A DNA stretch of 61,581 nucleotides, counting the filler. It is 9 parts of 9 records of this genome, joined end to end, with 100 filler letters (N's around TTAATTAATTAA, not from the genome) between each part and the next. Parts side by side here need not be neighbours in the genome. Positions count along the whole stretch, not along the records: positions 29,219 to 34,431 come from SRR31147125_14067; positions 34,532 to 44,643 come from SRR31147125_14083; 7 more parts are not named here. The stretch is one strand, 5' to 3'. Shown here one piece after another: positions 31,683 through 40,901 of this stretch. A model generated the notes under the pieces. It saw only the letters and a list, made by a program, of their open reading frames with translations, made no database searches and was not told the origin of the DNA. The position numbers and the translations under genes were made by a program. Position 1 is the stretch's first letter. The number at the start of each line of letters is the position of its first letter.

Positions 31683-32816
31683 ATGACAAAGCTCCCACAC
31701 ATTTCAACTCGACTTAAAAACAGCTACCTGGTTTGGTTTATTGAATCTAAAAAATTTGCATTATTAAAAAAAACTGTGTTCGAATTGTTACAAATGCTTA
31801 CATCAAGAACTGATAATTCTAAAATAATTTCATATTGCGAAAATGAATTTTCTTTAGACAAAACAGCTGCTGAATTATTTTCAAATACTTTTCTTAATTC
31901 AATTATTAATCTAAAACAACTTAACAATACAGTTAACATTCCTTCACCTAAATTTCAAAAATTACCATCTCACCTTTCCCTGAAGTATTATAAAACAACT
32001 TATTTATTCGGTAATAAACCAATTACTTTTGAATACGGAAATTATACTATCAAACAAATATTTCACCCTCTTTTTGAACATTATGAATTAAAATCGAAGG
32101 AGAATACAAATTATAAAATTACGCTTCTCGAAATAGATTCCATCCTTTACATATATTATAACCAACAATTACTGCATAGTTTTAATAAAAACGACATTCC
32201 ATTTTTTAAAGGCACAGTTTATAAAAAAATTTACTCGATTATAAATAATTTTCAGGATAATGAATGGATGATGACCACGCATTCATCGGGTGTGATTTAT
32301 GAAAATAATGCTTTCCTTTTTACCGGTGCAAGTGGTAGTGGGAAAAGTACAATGGCAGCATTGTTAAACGCAAATGGATATCAATGTATTTCCGATGATT
32401 TTATAGCTATCGACAAAAAAGGAGAGGCTTATCCTTTTCCTGCGGCTATTTCTTTAAAAGAGGGATCGTTTTCTTCAATGGAGAATTTAATTCCAAAATT
32501 TTCAAAGCTAAAATCATTTAAACTCGAAAACAATACTTCGGTTAAAAAATACCCTTTTTACAATAATAAATTAGAAAACTCTTATCCTGTTAAGGCAATT
32601 ATTATTATTCGCTTTTCAAACAAAAATATTAATCGATTACAACTAGTAGCAACGGAAGATGCAATATGCTTTATTTTAAAAGAATCGTGGATTAACCCTA
32701 CTATAAAAAACATGAAGTATTTTATGCATTTTATTGAAAAGATTCCCATTTATACTTTTCATTATAATTCCAATAAAACTGCCTTAAGGATATTATCAGA
32801 TTTTTTCAAAAAATAA
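31683..32816 (+). CDS. HPr-kinase-related P-loop kinase with N-terminal PqqD/RRE-like domain
   Basis: HSSGV...FLFTGASGSGKST...ISDD HprK-like signature; N-terminal ~80 aa (YLVWFIESKKFALLKKTVFELLQML...IISYCENEFSLDKTAAELFSNTFL) fits the PqqD strand-then-helix pattern. Confidence 0.75.
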   Translation: MTKLPHISTRLKNSYLVWFIESKKFALLKKTVFELLQMLTSRTDNSKIISYCENEFSLDKTAAELFSNTFLNSIINLKQLNNTVNIPSPKFQKLPSHLSLKYYKTTYLFGNKPITFEYGNYTIKQIFHPLFEHYELKSKENTNYKITLLEIDSILYIYYNQQLLHSFNKNDIPFFKGTVYKKIYSIINNFQDNEWMMTTHSSGVIYENNAFLFTGASGSGKSTMAALLNANGYQCISDDFIAIDKKGEAYPFPAAISLKEGSFSSMENLIPKFSKLKSFKLENNTSVKKYPFYNNKLENSYPVKAIIIIRFSNKNINRLQLVATEDAICFILKESWINPTIKNMKYFMHFIEKIPIYTFHYNSNKTALRILSDFFKK

Positions 32817-33006
32817 AAATTTAAAATTCATCTTAAAAATAATGCTTCTAAATATTTATATTTAAATTGAAAAAAACTACTACAATTGACATTCAACAAC
32901 AGTTTCAGCCCACTCGGTTTGCCAATACAACTGTACACACCCAACCATAAAAGCATATGTTTACAATAAGTTAACAATTAAACTGGTATATCTTCGTTCA
33001 TTTAAT

Positions 33007-33014
33007 TATCTTTG
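33007..33014 (+). promoter_or_regulatory. Bacteroidetes-type -7 promoter element
   Basis: TATCTTTG matches TAnnTTTG, about 80 nt upstream of the next ATG. Confidence 0.5.
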
Positions 33015-33093
33015 TTAGTTAGAAGAATAAGACGCTTTATTACTATTTTTCTTAAACCCTGATTAAGTTTTAACATTAACCCAAATATCGAAA

Positions 33094-34191
33094 ATGGAAA
33101 CAGTATTAATACTAGGAGCAATTATTATAGGTTTCACCTTAGTTGTAATTGCAATTCCGCCAATACTTAAGGTTGCCCGGGCAAAAAATTTATACGATTC
33201 AGCAGACGAAAGAAAAATTCATACCGGTGCAATTCCTCCACTTGGTGGAATCGCCATTTTTTTTGGATTTATTATAAGCACCATAATTGCTACCGATGGA
33301 TATAGTTTCGACTCATTAAAATATATCATAGCTTCAGTAATACTTATGTTTTTTATTGGGTTAAAAGATGATTTAATGATAATCTCTCCTAAGAAAAAAC
33401 TTATTGTTCAGATTTTTGCAGGTGTACTGTTAATAACACTTGGCAATGTCCGTTTTACTTCGCTTCACGGAATATTAGGAATCTATGAAATCCATTATAT
33501 CACCAGCCTTCTTATTTCTCTTTTCGCAATGATTGTAATCGTTAATTCATTCAATTTAATTGATGGAATAGATGGCCTGGCTTCGGGATTAGCTATTTTG
33601 GCCGCTTCTTTTTTTGGATCCTGGTTTTTTATTGCCGGTGAAATTCAGTTCTCGATTATGTCGTTTGCACTGGTTGGTAGCCTGGCCGGTTTTTTCCTGT
33701 TTAATGTTTTTGGGAAAAGTAACAAACTATTTATGGGAGATACCGGTTCTCTAATTATAGGATTGGTAATTTCTACGCTTGTTGTAAAATTTAATGAATT
33801 TAATATTATAACTAGTAATGTATTTGCGATAAATGCTGCACCCTCGGTTTCTTTTGCAGTTATTATTGTACCATTAATTGACACGTTGAAGGTAATGACA
33901 GTACGTATTTACCAGGGGAAATCGCCATTTTCGCCCGATAAAAATCATTTACACCATCGTCTGTTGGTTCTTGTTCCAAATCATTTTAAAGTGACCCTTA
34001 TAATAATTACTGCAAACATACTGTTTATTGGATTTGCCTTATTCTTAAACCATTTGCCCTTAAATGTAAATTTTCAACTATTTTTTATATTTCTAAGTGG
34101 AATTCTGGCAAATACGTTACCTCAATATTTTATACGAATCAAATCTACAGAGAAAAAAGGAAAGTCGAAATTGATTCGACAAGTGGGGTAA
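33094..34191 (+). CDS. undecaprenyl-phosphate GlcNAc-1-phosphate transferase (WecA/TagO, glycosyltransferase family 4)
   Basis: RKIH...PPLGG, GLKDD, NSFNLIDGIDGLA, LFMGDTGS, PDKNHLHHRL. Confidence 0.9.
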   Translation: METVLILGAIIIGFTLVVIAIPPILKVARAKNLYDSADERKIHTGAIPPLGGIAIFFGFIISTIIATDGYSFDSLKYIIASVILMFFIGLKDDLMIISPKKKLIVQIFAGVLLITLGNVRFTSLHGILGIYEIHYITSLLISLFAMIVIVNSFNLIDGIDGLASGLAILAASFFGSWFFIAGEIQFSIMSFALVGSLAGFFLFNVFGKSNKLFMGDTGSLIIGLVISTLVVKFNEFNIITSNVFAINAAPSVSFAVIIVPLIDTLKVMTVRIYQGKSPFSPDKNHLHHRLLVLVPNHFKVTLIIITANILFIGFALFLNHLPLNVNFQLFFIFLSGILANTLPQYFIRIKSTEKKGKSKLIRQVG

Positions 34192-34359
34192 ATTCCAATA
34201 TTTATTCAATCTTATCAATTCATAACTCATTAATTATTTTTTGGGGCATCTGTTTAATTGAGAAATAGAACAATAAAACAGGCTATAACTAACTAACAGT
34301 TTTCGTTTTTTTCTAAGCGTTCCTCTTTCGGAATAATCCTATTATCCAAATTAGGCAAT

Positions 34360-34397
34360 AAAAAAAGAGTCGCAAGAAACAAATCTTACAACTCTTT
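34360..34397 (-). terminator. terminator downstream of the tRNA
   Basis: Minus strand AAAGAGTTGTAAGA-loop-TCTTGCGACTCTTTTTTT. Confidence 0.65.
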
Positions 34398-34406
34398 AGT
34401 TATTTC

Positions 34407-34431
34407 GGTGAACCTGAAGGGACTCGAACCC
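34407..34431 (-). tRNA. tRNA 3' fragment (T-arm and acceptor); isotype not visible
   Basis: Minus strand GGGTTCGAGTCCCTTCAGGTTCACC, cut by the contig end. Confidence 0.75.
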
Positions 34432-34531
34432 NNNNNNNNNNNNNNNNNNNNNNNNNNNNNNNNNNNNNNNNNNNNTTAATTAATTAANNNNNNNNNNNNN
34501 NNNNNNNNNNNNNNNNNNNNNNNNNNNNNNN
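34432..34531. other. artificial contig linker
   Basis: N44-TTAATTAATTAA-N44. Confidence 0.99.
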
Positions 34532-34736
<205 letters not shown>

Positions 34737-34921
34737 TCAATCTTCCTTATTTGTTATTTGGAGAGAAACCCTGTGTGGAACGGGTAATCAGGTAATGAAA
34801 ATCCGTATGTAAGGTCTATTTCCTTTGACTGTTGTTATACCTGAGTTTACTGCTTAATTCAAGTCAGGAAGGGGTTTTTCACGCTTTCAGCACTATTTAT
34901 AGCAGCGAATGATAGTTCGTA

Positions 34922-35410
34922 TCAGTTATTGCTGAATAACTGCTCTACTATTCTGTTATTGAGCTCGTCCAACGGCAAATCCAGCTGTATTCCACAATCA
35001 TCAAGTCCATGTTTATTTCTTCCCTGATCAAAAGGAGAGTCTGTTATTTTTCCGACTACAGTTCCTCTGGCGATTATGCGGGAAATCCCCGTCTGTCCAT
35101 TGAAAACCGAAATTCTGTAGTGGTGTCTGAAGCCTTGATTCTTTTCTTTTTGCGGTACTCTCCATACATCAATATGTACAGCTTTCCCGCTAAAATATGA
35201 GAGATATACCGTGTCTGCTATGTCTGGATTATCAGCGTCTCCCACGATGCGATACAGTAATCCTAATCCCGGCAGCATCTCCTGCAAGAAATTTTCTATG
35301 GATCCTGCTATATATCCTGCAATGAAGGCACTCTCCGAATCCTCGGTTTTACTCTGCAAAATGTATAGTTCTTCGCCGTTTTTCGACTTATGTTGCATCT
35401 GATTCAACAT
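34922..35410 (-). CDS. hypothetical protein
   Basis: 162-aa ORF filling the gap; no motif recognised. Confidence 0.55.
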   Translation of the reverse strand: MLNQMQHKSKNGEELYILQSKTEDSESAFIAGYIAGSIENFLQEMLPGLGLLYRIVGDADNPDIADTVYLSYFSGKAVHIDVWRVPQKEKNQGFRHHYRISVFNGQTGISRIIARGTVVGKITDSPFDQGRNKHGLDDCGIQLDLPLDELNNRIVEQLFSNN

Positions 35411-35463
35411 TTGTCTACTCTAGCTGAATTTCATTCCTTGCTCAATGGTGGTACTCTTTTTTC

Positions 35464-35784
35464 ATGTATTTACGAAAGGTTCTTGCTGAGAATATGAAAC
35501 ACTACAGGCGGATGCATAATATGAGTCAAAACCGTCTGGCTGAGTTGATTGATATGTCCAGAGGAACGATAAGCAGAATCGAGTCCACTATATCCGCTCC
35601 GTCATTTGACACCCTGGAGCTAATTGCCGAAGCACTGAAAGTTACCCCTAACAAGCTGCTGACAGAACGCAAATACCCGGACCCCGAAGAGTTGTCAGAT
35701 GATACGATAGATTCTTTGATGGAAGACATCTCTATGGTTGTTAAAAAGAACTTAAAGAAAGTTGATGACGACAAATCAGAATAA
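35464..35784 (+). CDS. XRE family HTH transcriptional regulator
   Basis: MSQNRLAELIDMSRGTISRIE...PSFDTLELIAEAL. Confidence 0.88.
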   Translation: MYLRKVLAENMKHYRRMHNMSQNRLAELIDMSRGTISRIESTISAPSFDTLELIAEALKVTPNKLLTERKYPDPEELSDDTIDSLMEDISMVVKKNLKKVDDDKSE

Positions 35785-35787
35785 TCA

Positions 35788-37023
35788 TTACACCAGAAAT
35801 TCAGCCGCCTCATCAAACACCGATTCATATATATTCTGAACAATCCTTCGCCCTTTCGTCTCTGTCGCTAACGGAAATGGTGTTTCATGGCTGCTTCCGG
35901 GAGCCCCTTCAATGACAGATACCGGTATTGTCTGATTTTCAGTTTCGCTGCATGAAACAAGACTCTTCCTGACTCCCCATTCAGGAAATACCGTATCGGT
36001 TGACAGCAGTTCTATTTTTGCCCGTTCGCCAAGCTTGATCAGTCGTTCAGACCTGAAACCGGGGAAGAAGACACGTTTCATCAATGATGAAAAAATCATT
36101 TTCATTGAGTTCGATTGCCCGGAAGTGCTATCCAATTCTTTACGGCACTGACTTCCGAAGGAGTCAAAAAAAGCATCCAAGGCAGTGTGAGCTTTATCAT
36201 CCAGTATCGCTTTCGAGACAGGATTCGCGTATTCAAGAATCGATCCGCCGCAGAACATAAAAGCTTTTGAATCTGAAAATATTTTATCTGCGGGAGCACG
36301 CAGATCATCACCCATCAATAGTGCTTCCGATAGCGAACATCCGATTGAGTATGAGAAAAAATGTATTGATGCATCGGAAGCAATGAGAGGGTCTTTCCCC
36401 AGACGAATCAGTGCTGCAAATCTTTCGACATCATGCACCGTCTGGTATGCTCCGCGAATAAATCTGCTTGGATCATCATCAATCCGTTGACTAAGGGCGG
36501 CATTGGCAAAAGAACTGGTTTGTTCATTCCCGTCATACATCCTTCTTCTTTTAACCAGCGGCATCATTTTTCTTATATCAATCCAAGACTTAGGGGCCCT
36601 GTTCAAATGGAATGCTATTGGTAATATAACTACCGTCTTGTTCGTCTCTTTGCAGAGTGAATAGGCCCAAGGCAGATACTTTTCCCAACGGCGTTCATTC
36701 AATCCATGCAGAATGCAGATGACAGAATCTGTTTTTTTATATCGATTCTGCCCACTAGAGGTGTGTTTCCCAGCAGTTGATTTTCTCCAAGTATGCAGCG
36801 GCATGAATACGGGATAGGTAAAACACTGGTTTTCCTCAATAGCACTATCTGTCATATTGTTTTCAGTAGAATTCACAAGCCCGCCGGAATACATTTTCCG
36901 TAATGTGATGCAGGTATCCCTATACCTGATAACCGGTGAATCTGAGCTGTTTTCCTTCTGCTGTCTCAGATCATGAATCTGCGGAAGCAGCTGTGATAAT
37001 TCCCTATAAATCGTATTGTACAT
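35788..37023 (-). CDS. DUF6051-like alpha/beta hydrolase
   Basis: LHGLNERRWEKYLPWA, PIAFHLNRAP, SYSIG nucleophile elbow, FMFCGGS, SHETPFP. Confidence 0.75.
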   Translation of the reverse strand: MYNTIYRELSQLLPQIHDLRQQKENSSDSPVIRYRDTCITLRKMYSGGLVNSTENNMTDSAIEENQCFTYPVFMPLHTWRKSTAGKHTSSGQNRYKKTDSVICILHGLNERRWEKYLPWAYSLCKETNKTVVILPIAFHLNRAPKSWIDIRKMMPLVKRRRMYDGNEQTSSFANAALSQRIDDDPSRFIRGAYQTVHDVERFAALIRLGKDPLIASDASIHFFSYSIGCSLSEALLMGDDLRAPADKIFSDSKAFMFCGGSILEYANPVSKAILDDKAHTALDAFFDSFGSQCRKELDSTSGQSNSMKMIFSSLMKRVFFPGFRSERLIKLGERAKIELLSTDTVFPEWGVRKSLVSCSETENQTIPVSVIEGAPGSSHETPFPLATETKGRRIVQNIYESVFDEAAEFLV

Positions 37024-37209
37024 TGTTCAGTCTCCATTACCATCTTCGTGTCGCTGCTGACATAATATGGCTGAAGAGATATACCTGAACATCCTGAATA
37101 TTAATGGTTTTATGGGAAATGGGTAATCAGAAAATGCTAATGAGAATTAACTATACCGATAACTAGTGAGATGTTATTTGTGCTGTGTAAAGGTTTTATG
37201 TAATTACTG

Positions 37210-38091
37210 CTATTTTTTCTTCAGCTGATTCAGTAAATCGATGCGACTGCTTACATCGGTCTTGGTATAGATATTGGCAATATGGTTATTCACCGTATTC
37301 ACCGATATTGCAAGATTGGAAGCAATTTCCTTGCTGGTAAGGCCCTGTCTGATCTGATCGATTATTTCCTTCTCTCGACCGGTTATCTTGAACTTATTCA
37401 GCTGCCTGCTGTCGATAACATTTTCCTGTGCTTCAGGTATATGGACAAAATAGTTAACCAGATAGATGAGGATAATCAGCGATACCCAGAAGTAATAGAT
37501 AGGCAGCGTCGCAAGTCCCTGGATGGTGAGAAATACATCGATCATGATAAAGGGAATCATCAATGCTGAAAGAATAATAAACGAAGTACTGATAATTCTT
37601 GCATCTTTATCTCGAATGGATTTCAGATTCCGCACCAGGATAACGATACAGAACGCGAATACCCCGAAGAATAGTCCAAGCAGCACTCCCCGGAAACTCG
37701 CAAACGGTCCCAATACCAGTTCAAGTGTTGATACCGCAACAAATGCCCCGCTAAGCACGATAAACACCACTCTGTAAGCTACAGTCCATGGGGTGGCAAT
37801 TACCCAAGTGGTAAAATAGGGAATGAAATAGATAAGGAATGCAATATCAAGTAGTAACAGCGCTGTATAGACCAGTTCCAATACCGGTGAATAATCCTCA
37901 AGAAACACATTCGCGTAGAGTCGTAATGCGTAGACTATAAGAATAAATGTTATTGATATCTGGAAGATGAGATAATACTTTGTCCATGGGTAATCTTTCC
38001 GGATATGGAAAATCACTGACAGACAGATGTTCATACAGCCTACCGCAAACGCGAAAACATATATTGCTAAATTAATTCCATTCCAATTCAT
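37210..38091 (-). CDS. membrane-anchored LuxR-type HTH regulator
   Basis: About 7 TM helices, then ITGREKEII...GLTSKEIASNLAISVNTVNNHIANIYTK. Start taken at MNWNG. Confidence 0.85.
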   Translation of the reverse strand: MNWNGINLAIYVFAFAVGCMNICLSVIFHIRKDYPWTKYYLIFQISITFILIVYALRLYANVFLEDYSPVLELVYTALLLLDIAFLIYFIPYFTTWVIATPWTVAYRVVFIVLSGAFVAVSTLELVLGPFASFRGVLLGLFFGVFAFCIVILVRNLKSIRDKDARIISTSFIILSALMIPFIMIDVFLTIQGLATLPIYYFWVSLIILIYLVNYFVHIPEAQENVIDSRQLNKFKITGREKEIIDQIRQGLTSKEIASNLAISVNTVNNHIANIYTKTDVSSRIDLLNQLKKK

Positions 38092-38176
38092 TATGATCAA
38101 GTATAGACAGCAACCTGATATGTGGTCAACGGGTTTTTCGGGTCGGACGAGACAGTCGGAGGGCAACTGCATAAAG

Positions 38177-38203
38177 AGACCCGGTTATTTTTTAACCGGG
38201 TCT
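38177..38203 (-). terminator. hairpin, probable terminator after the rloB-like gene
   Basis: AGACCCGGTTA-N5-TAACCGGGTCT, perfect 11-bp stem. Confidence 0.55.
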
Positions 38204-38235
38204 TATCAGCTTGTTCTTATTCAAACAATGCTCTG

Positions 38236-38898
38236 TTAATATTTCTGAAGCTCAGCTGCATTTTGCCCCTTGGCAATAAAGCATTTACCGCATACTTCGT
38301 TCACATCTTTCAAAAATTTTGGAATGGTGCATGAGAAATCGAGGCGCGGTCCGCTCATTCCTACTCGGTCACCAAAAAGCATATTGAATCGATTGGCGTG
38401 CAGAACAGCCTGCGCTTTATTGGTAAAAAGCTTCATATAGAGATCAGCACCATGCTCCCGCAGATAGCGTGATCCAAGCCTGAAACCAGGAATATAGCGC
38501 TGAAGTGCTTGCGAAACATCTTCCCGGTTGTTAAACGGTGTATCGGGTATAGCAAAATGGAGATAGTACCAGAATTCAATTCCCGGATTTGAATACGCCA
38601 ATGCAACTCGTTTCTTTTCCGCCAATTCGCGGCTCTCTGTCAGTTCTTTTGGGGTAATATCAATATCATGCGGATTGAATATACACCAGGCATTACCAAG
38701 TCCGTGTTCCAGACGCAGCTGCCCAGCCTCTTTAATCATATCTACCAGAGAACGACTGTCACCGCTTTTCTGGAGAATCCGCATATTTGAATATCGGCAG
38801 TCCCTCCGCATTTGGGAGAAATAGAGCATTTCATCTTCACCTGCAGTTAATACCAGAAGAGGTAGTCTCGGTTCTTTAAAGTTGCGTTTTCTCGGCAT
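38236..38898 (-). CDS. RloB-like protein with degenerate TOPRIM motifs
   Basis: AYSNPGIEFWYYLHF resembles the RloB SNPcfElW.lLHF motif; lies 3 nt downstream of the ATPase gene. Confidence 0.78.
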   Translation of the reverse strand: MPRKRNFKEPRLPLLVLTAGEDEMLYFSQMRRDCRYSNMRILQKSGDSRSLVDMIKEAGQLRLEHGLGNAWCIFNPHDIDITPKELTESRELAEKKRVALAYSNPGIEFWYYLHFAIPDTPFNNREDVSQALQRYIPGFRLGSRYLREHGADLYMKLFTNKAQAVLHANRFNMLFGDRVGMSGPRLDFSCTIPKFLKDVNEVCGKCFIAKGQNAAELQKY

Positions 38899-38901
38899 TT
38901 C

Positions 38902-40149
38902 CTAAGCCTCCTTTGTCCTGTCGAAGATAAAATCCGATAATATGGGTAATGCTCCGAAAGCCCCGTTCTTATACATTGAAGCCACATCATGTTTTTTACG
39001 ATACTTGTAATCAGCTAGACTGTAATAAATCGACCCGCCGCTGTGACCTTTGGTTGTAAACCAGATACCGTCACGTCTGATAAGCGTGTCATCCATAAGG
39101 GTGTTATCGACCCCGGAAATCAACAGCTGAGATTCAGATTTATCGGTTCCCTTGATAAAGGTCTGCAGTAAGTGTGTTGTTATACCAAAGTGCAGAAACA
39201 GGCTGAAATCATCAGAGATAATGGTTTTACCACTGATAAAAGCTTCCATAAATGTTATTGCAATAAATGTCAGCCTTCTTACACCCAGTGAGTCATTGGA
39301 AAAATAGTTTACCATGCGATTATCACCGGCGCCATGAATTAATACCAGTCTGCTAACGCCGTCTTTTTCCGCAATTCTAATATCACGAATATCAAGCAGA
39401 TCCATACACCATAGGAAATCTACGATTTTACGGCGCCAGTTGGGATGCTGTTTCAGTTTGTTAATAATTATCTGTTCGCTGGTTGATGCGAGACCCAATG
39501 GAATTACGGACAAGGTATTCTTGAACCAGTTGTACATCGGCATGACAGAATCGCCTCCGGCTTGTGCCGCCGCCTGCAGAAATGATCTGTTGTGAGGAAC
39601 TCGTTTCCCCAGTTTCTTCTTATCGCCTTCGTAGGTCTTACCCCAGCTGAAACCATAAACAGGTTTCTTTGCCGCCGCGCTCTCTTCAGGTAGATAGTAA
39701 CGTTCGAACATTCTTTTCGTGGATCGACCGATCTGCACGTACAGGTTCTCTCTATAAACCTTTTCCTTATCAGCTTCCAGGGTATAACAGTAAACCTGAG
39801 CCAATCCCGTCTCTTCATCAATGCCGATGACTGAACGGATAGTGATAATCGATGGCTTTACTACCCATTCTTTATCATAAGCAAAGGATGAATTTACCAT
39901 CACATTGAGCGGATTCTTATCATTTTCACCAGCCAGCACAAATGACTGCGCAGAGACTACTGCCCGAAGTACAGCACTCTTACCGGAACCATTGGGTCCG
40001 ACAACTGCCGCTACTTTCAAAAGATCAAATCGTTCGTCTACTTCAATACGTTGAGCCTGATCAAGACTAGTGTCTGTCACAACTTCAAATGATACTGTCT
40101 GTTGCTCCTTTATAGACCGGAAATTTTCCAGTGTTACGTTAAACAGCAT
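38902..40149 (-). CDS. RloA/AAA_21-like ABC-type ATPase with degenerate Walker B and H-switch
   Basis: ENFRSIKE, GPNGSGKS, SLGVRRL, RRDGIWFT, YSLADYK, YKNGAFGALP. Confidence 0.82.
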   Translation of the reverse strand: MLFNVTLENFRSIKEQQTVSFEVVTDTSLDQAQRIEVDERFDLLKVAAVVGPNGSGKSAVLRAVVSAQSFVLAGENDKNPLNVMVNSSFAYDKEWVVKPSIITIRSVIGIDEETGLAQVYCYTLEADKEKVYRENLYVQIGRSTKRMFERYYLPEESAAAKKPVYGFSWGKTYEGDKKKLGKRVPHNRSFLQAAAQAGGDSVMPMYNWFKNTLSVIPLGLASTSEQIIINKLKQHPNWRRKIVDFLWCMDLLDIRDIRIAEKDGVSRLVLIHGAGDNRMVNYFSNDSLGVRRLTFIAITFMEAFISGKTIISDDFSLFLHFGITTHLLQTFIKGTDKSESQLLISGVDNTLMDDTLIRRDGIWFTTKGHSGGSIYYSLADYKYRKKHDVASMYKNGAFGALPILSDFIFDRTKEA

Positions 40150-40214
40150 ATATCTCCCCTTTAAAAAAGTGCCTAATTCATTGAATTATGGCATGATATT
40201 AACAAAAAGTCACG

Positions 40215-40850
40215 TTATAGATTCAAAATCTCGTTTGCCCTGGTAATTATTTCTGGATAATCATGAAATACTGACAGGTTAATCGGATCCCGTCTCCCAG
40301 TTCCGTGGTTATCAGTTGCAATAAAACTTACCTGATCAGCATCCAGATATGGCTGAGCAGATCCATTCTCAATACCTTGTATATTCACTTGGAAGTGCAC
40401 CCCCATCTCCTGCATGCGAATGGCGGTTTCTGAATCCGGCTGCATCCAGGAATAGCGCTCCACATGTGCCAGAATAATGGTAAACCCTTTCAGCTGCAGC
40501 TCGAATATCCTGTCGAGCAGGTAAAGCGGCTCAACGCGCATGGGAGTTTCAATCAGCAGAAATTTCTCGAGAAACGGTATAAATTTGCTCTGTTCAGGTT
40601 TTATAAATAATTCTGAACCAAGCACAACATCTATGCCGTACTGTAAAGCTAGGTCTTTCAACCAGACATATGAGTCACGGATATTGAGTATTTTTGTCTG
40701 TACATACGGGTTCGAAATATGCGGTGTGCAGACGATCATTGATATCCCGGCATCCCGGTATTTCACGAGGATCTGTTCAGCCTCTTCCTCGGTTTTTACA
40801 CCATCATCAACATGGGGAAGCAGGTGGGAGTGTATGTCAATTATCTTCAT
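40215..40850 (-). CDS. CpsB/CapC PHP-family tyrosine phosphatase
   Basis: IDIHSHLLPHVDDG, CTPH, ILAHVERY, ATDNH. Confidence 0.9.
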   Translation of the reverse strand: MKIIDIHSHLLPHVDDGVKTEEEAEQILVKYRDAGISMIVCTPHISNPYVQTKILNIRDSYVWLKDLALQYGIDVVLGSELFIKPEQSKFIPFLEKFLLIETPMRVEPLYLLDRIFELQLKGFTIILAHVERYSWMQPDSETAIRMQEMGVHFQVNIQGIENGSAQPYLDADQVSFIATDNHGTGRRDPINLSVFHDYPEIITRANEILNL

Positions 40851-40901
40851 GTGATAACACCAGATAATGCGTCTAGATACTGTTGACTACAGAGGAAGCT
40901 G

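Noticed and set aside
29289-34431. tRNA-anchored genomic island
   Set aside because: A tRNA 3' end is adjacent, but no integrase or direct repeat is visible.
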